From assembly GCA_041661305.1 (NCBI GenBank), contig JBAZUR010000003.1, positions 5,103-69,102 of the forward strand: 64,000 nucleotides of DNA, given 5' to 3'. A program made the position numbers and the translations under genes. The notes under the pieces were generated by a model. The model saw only the letters and a program-made list of their open reading frames with translations, did no database searches and was not told the origin of the DNA. This DNA comes from Minisyncoccota bacterium (GTDB taxonomy: Bacteria > Patescibacteriota > Minisyncoccia > Phycocordibacterales > VMEP01). Positions 46,416-55,844 of this stretch are shown one piece after another (the first letter of the stretch is position 1; each line of letters opens with the position of its first letter).

Positions 46416-48323
46416 ATGTTTTTAACCAACTTTAGCATACTGGAAAAGCTCTATGAGGTTTATTACTTCAAACAAATCAACTCTTTTTCTACGTGGCTTG
46501 TAAAAAATTCATTAGAAGATAGAAGTGTTTTTATTGACTTACCACATCAGGAAAGATTTTTGAAAGACAATTTTTCTAAAAATAAAGAAAAAAAGATCTC
46601 CTTTATTTTTTGTAAACCAAAAGGACTTCAAGGAGCACTTGAAAAAAATAATTTAAGTAACACAGATTCATGGAAGGATATTTTTTTGTCGAACGAGTTT
46701 GAGGTTTGGGAAAATAAAGAAATGTACCATGGTAGTAGTTTTCCAATCAGGTTTGGTTTAAATGAAGACGAGAAAAAAGAAGCACTTGGTTATGCAAGAA
46801 AAACCCTTGAAGTTTTTTTAAAAACAGGGAATCGAGAAAAAGTTTTATCTAAAAATTTATCAGAAAGATTTTTGGATAATGCGAGTGTTGATGTTGCGCT
46901 ATGGGTTAATGGGGAATTGCGTGGGTCACGCATTGTTGAAAACTTGCCACTTAGTGAGGCGATTGAGGAAGCTTCGATTCGTGCTTGTCGCGACGAGAGA
47001 TTCAAGCCTCTTTCTTTGGAAGAATTAGATAATACAACGATTGAAGTTGCGATACTTTCTAGTTTGCGCTTACCGCTTATGGAAAAAGAGAAAAGGGATA
47101 ATGATATCTACACGGAAAAAGGGTATGTGATGTCTGTGAAAGGAAAAACTGGTTGGTTTTTGCCAGCTGTTTTTAACTGCCTGACATTTAATGGGCTGGA
47201 TGATTTTTTAATAAACCTTATTGAAAAAAAGATTGGATTTCCAAAAGTTTACTTACCAGAAGCTTCAGTCGAAATATTTGAGGTTGATAATTTTGTTGAG
47301 TCAGTAGAAAAGACCCCGCTAGCACTTAAGGGGCCAGTTGTTTTAAGAAGTAGTTTGACTGAGGTGGGAGACAAAAAGCTTCTAGACTATTTTTATGAAG
47401 GTGCAGACAAGAGTGCAGATTTTCTTTGTAGAATACAAGAAAAAGATGGCAATATTCCCCCGGTTATAAACCCACTTACAGGAAAGGCAACTCAGGTAGA
47501 TTGGGTTCGCCTCGCCTTGTCGTCTTGGGCTCTTTTTGAATGGGGGAGGAAACAAGGAAATAGTGCCTACGAGGAATCAGCAAAGAAAAGTTTTTTGTAC
47601 CTTAGGGACAATTTATACAGCCACTCTTGTCTACCTGCATATTCTCGTTGTCTTTCGTTTATATACTATAGAAGGTTGGCGCTCTCTTTAGGGGAAATAG
47701 AAGAAGTCCAAAAGAGCAATAAAGTTATTGCTAGTATTATTTTAAATTTGGAATACGAGCCAATTTTATATTCGCAAATCGCCCATCATTTAATCGATAT
47801 TTCAAAAGGGAATGACGTTTCTTTAATGAAAGCAAAAGAGTTTACAGAAATTGTTTTAGCTGATTATCAAAAAAAGATTAAAGAAAATAACTCGAGCTTA
47901 GAATTGGCGAGATACCCCGAACTAATATACTTGCTTCGCGAAATTGGGGAGAGGGCAGGAAACACTGAACTTATAAAAAAATCGGAAGAAATTGAAAGTT
48001 GGTTTATTTCGAAGCAGTTTAGTGACGGGAGTTTCCCAAGCAAAGTTAATACAACATTTTCGTATGTAAGGGGTACGGGGAAAATATTTGAAGTGTTGTG
48101 TTTGAATCAAAAGAAAAATATAGATGTAATTGAAAAAGTTATAACGTGGATTATTGATATGCAATACATAGAAGATAACACTTTTTTTGTGAAAAATGAC
48201 ATAAAGGAACAAATCCTAGGAGGATTTCGCCATGATTACTTAAATCAAGCTGTTTGGATTGACGCCACAGCTCATGTGTTAATTGGAGCAACAAGACTTA
48301 AAAAGTCACGTAATCTCTTGTAG
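46416..48323 (+). CDS. AMMECR1-domain protein with a large C-terminal extension
   Basis: AMMECR1-like segment VALWVNGELRGSRI....ASIRACRDERFKPLS...IEVAILSSL, followed by about 400 aa of unknown alpha-helical region. Confidence 0.5.
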   Translation: MFLTNFSILEKLYEVYYFKQINSFSTWLVKNSLEDRSVFIDLPHQERFLKDNFSKNKEKKISFIFCKPKGLQGALEKNNLSNTDSWKDIFLSNEFEVWENKEMYHGSSFPIRFGLNEDEKKEALGYARKTLEVFLKTGNREKVLSKNLSERFLDNASVDVALWVNGELRGSRIVENLPLSEAIEEASIRACRDERFKPLSLEELDNTTIEVAILSSLRLPLMEKEKRDNDIYTEKGYVMSVKGKTGWFLPAVFNCLTFNGLDDFLINLIEKKIGFPKVYLPEASVEIFEVDNFVESVEKTPLALKGPVVLRSSLTEVGDKKLLDYFYEGADKSADFLCRIQEKDGNIPPVINPLTGKATQVDWVRLALSSWALFEWGRKQGNSAYEESAKKSFLYLRDNLYSHSCLPAYSRCLSFIYYRRLALSLGEIEEVQKSNKVIASIILNLEYEPILYSQIAHHLIDISKGNDVSLMKAKEFTEIVLADYQKKIKENNSSLELARYPELIYLLREIGERAGNTELIKKSEEIESWFISKQFSDGSFPSKVNTTFSYVRGTGKIFEVLCLNQKKNIDVIEKVITWIIDMQYIEDNTFFVKNDIKEQILGGFRHDYLNQAVWIDATAHVLIGATRLKKSRNLL

Positions 48324-48367
48324 TTATCCACACAGCAAGTGATTTTTAGTGGTACAATTAGAAAATT

Positions 48368-48871
48368 ATGAATATCTCAATAAAAGAAATAGTAATTGCA
48401 CTTTCGTCTGTGGTGGTAACCATATTGGTTGTTTACTTAACACCATTAAAAAATCTAAATATTGTTGAGCCAACGATAAAAGACGTTGATCCAAAAGCTT
48501 TTTATACAGAGTTTCTTAAGAATAAGGACGGTTTCGTTTTTGTTGATGTAAGGCCGAGAGAGGCGTACAACGCCGTTCATGCTGAGGGTTCTATAAATAT
48601 CCCACTACACACTCTTTATGACGAAAGGCACAACCTTCCAAAGAGAGGTAAGCAAATAGTTCTTATTTGTAGTGGTGGGCGAGCCTCTGGTGTAGCTTAT
48701 GGATATTTGGAACATCATGGATTCCTTAACCTTCAAAGAATTGATGGGGGAATAGAAAAATGGTTGGCGGATGGCTTACCTATTGTTTCTAGTCGTGCAT
48801 TAGACGAAATTAAAGATATTCTTGATAAAGAGAAGGTTTCGTCGGTAGTTATCCCATGTGAGGTTTCGTAA
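48368..48871 (+). CDS. Membrane-anchored rhodanese-domain protein
   Basis: N-terminal transmembrane segment. Active-site loop ICSGGRASGVAYG. Confidence 0.7.
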   Translation: MNISIKEIVIALSSVVVTILVVYLTPLKNLNIVEPTIKDVDPKAFYTEFLKNKDGFVFVDVRPREAYNAVHAEGSINIPLHTLYDERHNLPKRGKQIVLICSGGRASGVAYGYLEHHGFLNLQRIDGGIEKWLADGLPIVSSRALDEIKDILDKEKVSSVVIPCEVS

Positions 48872-48891
48872 ATTTAATACTACATAACAAC

Positions 48892-49182
48892 ATGATTCAG
48901 AAAGCAAAAAAAAGAACATCATTTTTTTTAGGCATCTTGGTTACAAGCATTTTGGGAACTATTGGTGGTTATGTAAATTCTAATTACTCAAAAGACGGTT
49001 CTTTCCTTGTATCTGTTGCTAAGGCAGATGTTCCTTCGCCGTTTGGTGGTACTGGTTTTGAAGGTGGTAGCGCTGGGGAAAGTGCTCTTGGTGTTGATGC
49101 TGGTAGTGGCGGTGGTAGTGGTTGCGATGGTGGTAGCGGTGGTAGTGGTGACGGTGGTGGTAGCGGAGGTGATTGCGGTTAA
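48892..49182 (+). CDS. Candidate RiPP (TOMM/LAP-type) precursor A: conserved N-terminal region plus Gly/Ser/Cys/Asp-rich C-terminal core
   Basis: N-terminus MIQKAKKRTSFFLGILVTSILGTIGGYVNSNYSK, then AKADVP, then a core ...GSGGGSGCDGGSGGSGDGGGSGGDCG. A paralog lies at 51335. A YcaO / SagB-dehydrogenase pair is 4.4 kb downstream. Confidence 0.5.
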   Translation: MIQKAKKRTSFFLGILVTSILGTIGGYVNSNYSKDGSFLVSVAKADVPSPFGGTGFEGGSAGESALGVDAGSGGGSGCDGGSGGSGDGGGSGGDCG

Positions 49183-49224
49183 CCTCTAAACAAGTATAGA
49201 AGTAGATAATATATTTAATTTATA

Positions 49225-50367
49225 ATGATAAATAAAAAGTTAGCTTTTTTGATTTACTTACTTCTTGGTGCACTTGTTGTTCTTTCTGGTTATCTTTTTT
49301 ACTATTTTTTTTATAAAGATATTGGGAAAGAGTCAAAGTTTTCTAATGAATTTCTAACCGAGGAATTAAATAAGAATAAAAACATTTCTTTAAAGAGAGA
49401 TGTTCTAGTAAAAGAAAATGAATTTTGGGCTAACGCTGACAAGCTTAGAAATGAAGGAAACAATGAGCTTGCCATCTTGGAGTACGAGAAAGCTATAGGA
49501 GTTGCTGGTACAGCAGAAGAACAAGGAATAATAAAAATTAGTCTCGGGCGTTTGTATTATAGATTGGGGAAATTTGACTTAGGGTCAAAAATATTTAAAG
49601 AGGTAGTAGGGAATCCTGATTATTCGAATATAACTAGAGCCTACGCTGTTGAGGCTATGGGTAATGAATATTATTCAAAATATGATCAGGAATTATTTAG
49701 TTCTATTTTTAACGAGGAACCATACCAAAGCTTTCTGGTGGCGAAAGATAAAGAACTTTCTATGAGGAAGTTGTTTGAGTATGGCACCACTTTTTACCCA
49801 TTACCACTATCAGAGGCTAGAATTGCTCAGTGGTACGCTAGTGAGTTAGTGAGAATAAAGAATAGTGGTTTAGAGGACCAAGAAACAAAAGCAAAAATAG
49901 ATTCTATGAAAGTGGTTATTAGAGAAAAATTAAATCTTGCCAATAAAGGCATAAAGGACATAGAAAATACTACGAATGCTCCAAGAATTCCAGTTGTTTT
50001 AAATAGGCTAGGTATTATTTCCATGAAAATGTATTTGTTTGGAGATGAGTCTTTTGGAAACCCGGCAGATTTGTTTGAAAGATCATTAGTATATTCGAAG
50101 CTATATAACTTAACTTCAACTGAAGGTTTTACTTATTATAATTACGCAGTTTTTTTGGCGAGGGTTTACGGCAAAGGAAAGACTAGTGAGATAGGTACCT
50201 TGTTGGGAAACCTTTATAATACCGATAAGTATAAAAATACCGATGTGTTTGTTTTTTTGAAAAACCAGAAAAATATCGAAGGAACAGTCAAAGATGACAT
50301 CTTGCTTTTAGCGTCTTTTGATCCAAAATTTAAGAAGCTACTATCCGAGCTAGGGTGGAGCTTTTGA
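49225..50367 (+). CDS. Hypothetical membrane-anchored protein (TPR-like helical repeats), partner of precursor A
   Basis: N-terminal transmembrane segment LAFLIYLLLGALVVLSGYLFYYFFY. Same architecture as 51681-52883. Confidence 0.45.
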   Translation: MINKKLAFLIYLLLGALVVLSGYLFYYFFYKDIGKESKFSNEFLTEELNKNKNISLKRDVLVKENEFWANADKLRNEGNNELAILEYEKAIGVAGTAEEQGIIKISLGRLYYRLGKFDLGSKIFKEVVGNPDYSNITRAYAVEAMGNEYYSKYDQELFSSIFNEEPYQSFLVAKDKELSMRKLFEYGTTFYPLPLSEARIAQWYASELVRIKNSGLEDQETKAKIDSMKVVIREKLNLANKGIKDIENTTNAPRIPVVLNRLGIISMKMYLFGDESFGNPADLFERSLVYSKLYNLTSTEGFTYYNYAVFLARVYGKGKTSEIGTLLGNLYNTDKYKNTDVFVFLKNQKNIEGTVKDDILLLASFDPKFKKLLSELGWSF

Positions 50368-50395
50368 TGGTAAAAGACTATCGGTAATAAAAAGA

Positions 50396-50426
50396 ATTGC
50401 CCAGGGTTATTAGCCTTGGGCAATTT
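50396..50426. terminator. Bidirectional terminator (aattgcccagggttattagccttgggcaatt)
   Basis: Inverted repeat between convergent genes. Confidence 0.65.
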
Positions 50427-50447
50427 GTTTCTTGCTGACGGTGGTGG

Positions 50448-51059
50448 TCAGTTCGTCTTGCGTACTTCAACCACGACCTGGTAGAGGTCAAATTCCGGCG
50501 ATTCGTACGAACAAATCATCGCCAGCTCCGGACAGTAGAAGTATTTCTCCATCGCCGGACGGAACGCTTCAGCTAGTTGGTTTGTGGCACGAATTTCGTA
50601 GGCCTTGAATACCCCGCCAGGCAGCTTGATGTCGCCGTATCCTACAACCTCTGCACTTCGCGTGCGTTTCTGAACCCGCCCGTTTGAGCTTTCTTGCTCA
50701 AACGATCCCTTCCAGCTATTTCCGTTTTTCATAGGAAACTGCAAGAAGTAGGAGTGCGGTTTGTAGGTTGCGTACGGGAACGGGCGAACCTTCGTGCCGA
50801 GGTCCTTGTTGAAGATGGTTTCCTTCTTTTCTTTGCCACCTTCTTCTTGGACCAAAAAAACAAAGTCCTCGCCTCGGCGTTCAAGAAACTCCGTTGTAAG
50901 ACATTCCGGCTTTTCGCGCACGTAGTAGCCGGTTTTGCACGTTTTTACCACGAGCCCCTTGGTCGGTTCCGGGTTTAAAGTGGCCGGCACTTCCTCCGCA
51001 GACACAAAAAGCGGAAAAATAAAAGCGCCGAAGGCACACACGAGCTTGATGATATTCAT
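50448..51059 (-). CDS. Hypothetical secreted protein (signal peptide; GC-rich gene)
   Basis: Signal peptide MNIIKLVCAFGAFIFPLFVSA. GC visibly above the window background. Confidence 0.5.
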   Translation of the reverse strand: MNIIKLVCAFGAFIFPLFVSAEEVPATLNPEPTKGLVVKTCKTGYYVREKPECLTTEFLERRGEDFVFLVQEEGGKEKKETIFNKDLGTKVRPFPYATYKPHSYFLQFPMKNGNSWKGSFEQESSNGRVQKRTRSAEVVGYGDIKLPGGVFKAYEIRATNQLAEAFRPAMEKYFYCPELAMICSYESPEFDLYQVVVEVRKTN

Positions 51060-51334
51060 GACGAACCTCCTTGTGTTGTATTGAAATACTAGATTTACAA
51101 TAGATCGAAGCTTCTTTCATGGTACAACAACCGACATTAAAAGTCAATACCGCTTTATAATATTCATGTTATTAGTTAAATTATTAGGAATTAAAATTAG
51201 AGAGGAAAATTAATGGGCGAGAGTCACAAAAATAAATAAACAGGTAACATTTATATACGAGGATTAGGGAAACCAACAGGAAGACATAGTTATCCACACG
51301 ATAGGTGTATTTTAGTGATATCATTGTCTGTAGC

Positions 51335-51616
51335 ATGATTCAGAAAGCAAAAAAGAAAACATCATTTTTATTAAGTATTCTTATTACTGGAATACTCGGG
51401 ACTATTGGTGGTTATGTAAACTCAAATTACTCAAAAAACAGTTCCTTGCTTGCTCCGATCGCTAAGGCTGATATACCTGCGACAAGCGCGGATATTTTTG
51501 GCGGCAGTAGCGCGGGGGACGCTGGTAGCGGTGACGGTGGCGGCAGTGGTGGTGATGGTGGCGGCAGTGGTGGTGATTGTAGTAGTAGCGGTGGTGACGG
51601 TGGTAGTGGATTCTAG
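51335..51616 (+). CDS. Candidate RiPP precursor B (paralog of 48892-49182)
   Basis: First ~120 nt nearly identical to precursor A at nucleotide level (atgattcagaaagcaaaaaa...). The core is GGSSAGDAGSGDGGGSGGDGGGSGGDCSSSGGDGGSGF. Confidence 0.5.
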   Translation: MIQKAKKKTSFLLSILITGILGTIGGYVNSNYSKNSSLLAPIAKADIPATSADIFGGSSAGDAGSGDGGGSGGDGGGSGGDCSSSGGDGGSGF

Positions 51617-51680
51617 TAAATAATGACGCAGGCTGGTGCGGTGATTAATATTTAGATTTGCAGTTTTTATTCTTTAAATT

Positions 51681-52883
51681 ATGGACGAAAAAGAAGAAAT
51701 TATAATTACCGAAGAAGATAATTTACCTAATAAGGTTTCTTATAGAAAAGTATCAATTTACGTACTTACTTTCATTGTATTTTTTATGGCTTCTTATGAA
51801 GGTTTTTATCGCGTTAAGATGATATCTGAAAAAAGAGAAGCAGGTAAGATTTTGGAAAGGGATAAAGCTTACTATGATAGCTTGCTCCAAAAAGATAAGG
51901 ATTATTATGAGAGTTTGCTTAAAAATAACCCTTCAGGGCTTCAGAACTCATTCGTAGAAGATATTAAGAGTGGCGTTAATAGTGGGGAGACAAAATCTGC
52001 CATATATTTTATAACGCATCGTTTTTTTGATAATGGTGGGAATATCTATGAAATTTATGATTACATAGAAAGTCACCCGGAACTATCTTTTCTTAAAGAG
52101 GCCGAAGGTATTTATCCAGATGTATTTGAACAGATAAAAGAAAAGAAGTTGCCATCAATATATACTTATTCCGCTTTTTATGCGTACCTTGCATACGTTG
52201 AAGTACTAAATAAATACGGTTATGCAGATGTTGCTACTTTAGCAACGGCGGCTAATCAGTATGCTGGAAATCTATACTTTAAAACAGTACTAACAAAAGA
52301 AATGGAGGAAAATGGCGAGGCTAGTCGCCTCAAAGATGTGTCCCGTGATTTAAAAAAATCATTAGATTTTCTAAACATGTCTGGTGGTGATGTGGAAAAA
52401 ATACTTGATGGTAAATTAACCTCAGACGATATGCCGTCCAGGGATATTTTGGTTGGTCTAAATCAGTATGCTTCAGCCTTAAGATACCTTGAAGCACTTG
52501 GAGTTAAAGCAACCTCAACAAAAACCTCACGAGAAGTTTTTGATTTTGCTATGGATTACTCTGCTCGTTTTGTGTTGGAATTAAATATTTTTACTTCTCT
52601 TGTTAATGCCTCAACACTAGCAATACTCGATTCAAGTACTTCTGAGGAAATAAAAATAGCACTGCTTCCAATTCTTAATTTCGATACAAAAAAACCCAAT
52701 TCTTACAAGGGGAGTGTTATTAGAAAAATTATACAATCAAGATTTGAACAAAAACCAAAAGAAATTAGTTACACAAGGTTGGATCTTTATAGTAAAAGAA
52801 ATGCCTTATTACTTGCAAGTAAGGTTCCAGATTTTAAGGCTTGGTTGATGTATAACGGGTGGGTAGAAGCTGATTTTAAGTAA
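51681..52883 (+). CDS. Hypothetical membrane-anchored protein, partner of precursor B
   Basis: N-terminal transmembrane segment VSIYVLTFIVFFMASY, about 400 aa, helical. Same gene order as the 49225 protein. Confidence 0.45.
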   Translation: MDEKEEIIITEEDNLPNKVSYRKVSIYVLTFIVFFMASYEGFYRVKMISEKREAGKILERDKAYYDSLLQKDKDYYESLLKNNPSGLQNSFVEDIKSGVNSGETKSAIYFITHRFFDNGGNIYEIYDYIESHPELSFLKEAEGIYPDVFEQIKEKKLPSIYTYSAFYAYLAYVEVLNKYGYADVATLATAANQYAGNLYFKTVLTKEMEENGEASRLKDVSRDLKKSLDFLNMSGGDVEKILDGKLTSDDMPSRDILVGLNQYASALRYLEALGVKATSTKTSREVFDFAMDYSARFVLELNIFTSLVNASTLAILDSSTSEEIKIALLPILNFDTKKPNSYKGSVIRKIIQSRFEQKPKEISYTRLDLYSKRNALLLASKVPDFKAWLMYNGWVEADFK

Positions 52884-53017
52884 ATACAGACTAATATAGA
52901 ACACGAAGCTAATAGTGATATTAGTTGGTTTGCATTATTTTTACTAATATGGTGTAATTAAAAGAGGTAGCAGAACATCGCGCACCAGGATTAATCTCAA
53001 ACTTACAGGAGGGTGCC

Positions 53018-53458
53018 ATGAAGATCTTCAAAAAAACTGTTTTTACTCTGATCGCCTTGCTCTTCGTTTTCGTCGGCGCTTCGTTTGCACAAACGAAGCT
53101 GGCGGCAGACGCGAGTGACGCAGGTAAGTCGGATGTAGCGGCAAATATTCCGGCCAACTGCGCCGCCTTTCTTGGGGCTTGGGTAGGTCGCTGGGAATAT
53201 GGCAATTACGGCGAAATGCGCCTGCAGGTTCTTGAAGTTGATACAAATTGTGTCGCCAAGGGTGCCTACGGAGGAAATACGGGGAAAGCATGGCCATACG
53301 AAGGTGCAGAAATCAAGGCCGACAAGATGTCCTGGCTTTGTAGCAAAGCCAGGACGGGGACATGTGTCTTCGAAAATCACGGCGATACGCTTTGGGCAAA
53401 CTACCACGATCCTTCCGGTGGCAAGAACAACGGCGTTTTCAAGAAAGTTGCCCAGTAA
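53018..53458 (+). CDS. Small secreted protein (signal peptide; strongly GC-rich gene)
   Basis: MKIFKKTVFTLIALLFVFVGASFAQT signal peptide. Followed by a strong terminator. The overlapping ORFs on other frames look like GC artefacts. Confidence 0.45.
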   Translation: MKIFKKTVFTLIALLFVFVGASFAQTKLAADASDAGKSDVAANIPANCAAFLGAWVGRWEYGNYGEMRLQVLEVDTNCVAKGAYGGNTGKAWPYEGAEIKADKMSWLCSKARTGTCVFENHGDTLWANYHDPSGGKNNGVFKKVAQ

Positions 53459-53494
53459 CAGACGAGGGTCTATGTTTTTTAGGAGAGACGAGAG

Positions 53495-53527
53495 AGGGGG
53501 GGCGTTAACGCCCCCCCCTTTTTTTAT
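53495..53527 (+). terminator. Terminator (gggggggcgttaacgccccccc + T-run)
   Basis: Perfect GC-rich hairpin plus T-run. Confidence 0.8.
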
Positions 53528-53604
53528 TGTAGATAATCACAATTTTTGTGGTCACAAAAACCAAATTGTGTGGCTGTATAATTCTATAGTACTATAAGCA
53601 CGAA

Positions 53605-54336
53605 ATGAGACCATTTTTATATAAATTTTTTCACAGGTTAACTAAAGATAAAACAGAGGGTGGTTTAATAAAAATTCCTGCTGATATGGCAATGTGGCCA
53701 GAAAGTTGGAAAATTGTGGAGTACAAAAAAATTTCTTTTTTTGATCCAATAAAACTTGCGGATAACGTAGACACAAAACTTTTTGAAATTCTGCAAAAAA
53801 GAACATCTGACCGTAAGTCACTATCTAGTAATGTTGTTACGTTAGAAAAAATATCAAAAATATTAAAGTGTGCTTGTGGAGAAATAAAAAGGAAAGATGG
53901 ATCCACGCACAGAACGGCCCCGTCTGGTGGTGGCAGGTATTCAATTGAATTGTATTTTTTGCTATTTAAAGAGGCTGAAGGGTTAAAGACCGGTGTGTAT
54001 CATTATGGTGTAGAGAATCATCAGCTTGAATTGATTGAACAAAAAAATTTTTCAGAAGAAGACATACTTTCTTACCAAAGCGACAAATGGGCGACTGTTG
54101 GTAGTGGTATGATGTGCATGACCAGTGTTTTTGATCGTTTTGCGCGCAAATATGGCAGTCGGGGGTATCGTTATATGTTATTAGAAGCCGGGCACATTGG
54201 TCAGAATATATTGCTCTCTGGTGTAGAAAATGATTTGGTTTTTGTACCAATTGGGTCGTCTAATGATGTAAGAGTAGAATCACTACTTAAAATAGACGGC
54301 AATAGCGAGAGCCTGGTCTACGCGATGTCTTTTTAA
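53605..54336 (+). CDS. SagB-type dehydrogenase (nitroreductase-family, McbC-like) of TOMM biosynthesis
   Basis: RTSDRKS, APSGGGRYSIELY, YRYMLLEAGHIGQNILL. These are typical of FMN-dependent SagB/McbC dehydrogenases. Confidence 0.75.
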   Translation: MRPFLYKFFHRLTKDKTEGGLIKIPADMAMWPESWKIVEYKKISFFDPIKLADNVDTKLFEILQKRTSDRKSLSSNVVTLEKISKILKCACGEIKRKDGSTHRTAPSGGGRYSIELYFLLFKEAEGLKTGVYHYGVENHQLELIEQKNFSEEDILSYQSDKWATVGSGMMCMTSVFDRFARKYGSRGYRYMLLEAGHIGQNILLSGVENDLVFVPIGSSNDVRVESLLKIDGNSESLVYAMSF

Positions 54337-54340
54337 TTTT

Positions 54341-55798
54341 ATGGAAAATAATTTATTTAATTCACCTGGGTATATTTTGGCAAAAGATTACGTTAATGAT
54401 ATTCGCCAAATGCAAAAGAACGGACCATGGAAGTTACCACTTGGTGTTGGTGACAGATTTCATATTTTTTTACTATCATTGTTTTTAAAATTTTCTTGGT
54501 TTAAGGATATTTATATTAAATATCCGCATGACCATAGTCCCGCATATGACATAATTATTAATTTCTTGAAAAGAAATAAAATATTGTCGGGGGTTATTAA
54601 GTTAAGCTCTGCTTCTTACTGGGGTATTAATATATACGTTTCGCACCTTTTTAACGGAGAGGTACTTTTGGTAAAAAGTACAGGACATCATAAAGAAAGC
54701 GATATAGCACTTTCTAAAACCATAGGAGAATTAATAGAAAGGGCTGTTTCTGGTGTTCGCGATGAAAATAATAATTTTATTTTTGGTTCGTTTAATGAGT
54801 TAAAAACAAAATATAAAAATATTTTTTACCCGCCTGTATACCATAGGTTTTTACCACAACAAAAGGATTTATTTAAAGATTTGAGAGTAGATGATGACCA
54901 AGAAATGGAGTGGGTTAAGGGCTTTAATTTTTTAACCAGTGAAGTTGCTTTGATCCCAAAAAACATTACCTCATGGAGACGCAAAAGAAACATAATAACC
55001 ATGAACCCGACTACAAGCGGTTCTGCGGGCGGGTTTTCAAAAGAGGATGTTATTAAGAATTCGATATTAGAATATATAGAAAGAGATTCATTTTTAATAC
55101 ATTGGTTAACGCAAATAGCCCCAAAAGTTATATCAAATGAATCATTACCAGAAGATTTATTTTTATATATTAAAGGTTTTAACAGTATTGGTATTAGTGC
55201 TTATGTTTTAGACACAACAACCAACGTGGGAATACCCTCGGCTTGTGTGGTTGTGAGAAAAAATAATTTGAATAAGAAGTCAGTTGCTGTCTCTGGTGGC
55301 GCTGGTATTGATTTACATACTGCAATCAAGAGAGCACTAGAAGAGGCTCAGCAGTGTGTTTTTAATCTTGATAAAAATGAAAGTGGTACTAAGGTTAGTG
55401 ATGTTAAGCCTTTTATAAGCGAAATAGACAGAGAAGAGAGAATAAGGATGTGGCAAGGAGAGGAATGGGTCAAACTTTTTGAATGGTTTATATCTGGTGA
55501 TGTTATTGAGTATAAAAATGACAATAACCTTGTATTAGAAACTAAAGATGAAATAACTTTTCTCAAAAATGTTTTCTCTAAGTTGGGAAGTGAATATACT
55601 CCGTTTATATATTTCCCTAAAAATAAAGCAATGGAGAAGCTTGGTTTTCAAGTGGCCCAAGCGTTTATCCCTTTTTGTTTCCCTCTGTTTTTGGTGGAAA
55701 AATATGGAACCTTCGATAGCGATAGGCTGAAACAATTCGCTAAATATAAAGGCGTTGATAATTTTAAATTAAATCCATACCCACATCCGTTCCCATAG
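54341..55798 (+). CDS. YcaO-domain protein (ATP-dependent cyclodehydratase)
   Basis: SKTIGELIERA, NPTTSGSAGGFSKEDVIKNSILEYIERD (YcaO S.G.A.G....E..ERD signature), SGGAGIDLHTAIKRALEEAQQ. Confidence 0.8.
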   Translation: MENNLFNSPGYILAKDYVNDIRQMQKNGPWKLPLGVGDRFHIFLLSLFLKFSWFKDIYIKYPHDHSPAYDIIINFLKRNKILSGVIKLSSASYWGINIYVSHLFNGEVLLVKSTGHHKESDIALSKTIGELIERAVSGVRDENNNFIFGSFNELKTKYKNIFYPPVYHRFLPQQKDLFKDLRVDDDQEMEWVKGFNFLTSEVALIPKNITSWRRKRNIITMNPTTSGSAGGFSKEDVIKNSILEYIERDSFLIHWLTQIAPKVISNESLPEDLFLYIKGFNSIGISAYVLDTTTNVGIPSACVVVRKNNLNKKSVAVSGGAGIDLHTAIKRALEEAQQCVFNLDKNESGTKVSDVKPFISEIDREERIRMWQGEEWVKLFEWFISGDVIEYKNDNNLVLETKDEITFLKNVFSKLGSEYTPFIYFPKNKAMEKLGFQVAQAFIPFCFPLFLVEKYGTFDSDRLKQFAKYKGVDNFKLNPYPHPFP

Positions 55799-55844
55799 TT
55801 ATTAAATTTGTTTTCATTTTTGCCTAAAAAATAAAAGTAACTTC

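Noticed and set aside
49007-49189. 60-aa poly-Val/Ala ORF overlapping the end of precursor A
   Set aside because: It is the +1 frame of the GGT/GGC-rich repeat encoding the Gly-rich core. A low-complexity frame artefact.
53003-53597. Four overlapping ORFs around 53.0-53.6 kb
   Set aside because: Only 53018-53458(+) has a signal peptide and is followed by a terminator. The rest are GC-rich antisense or alternate-frame artefacts.
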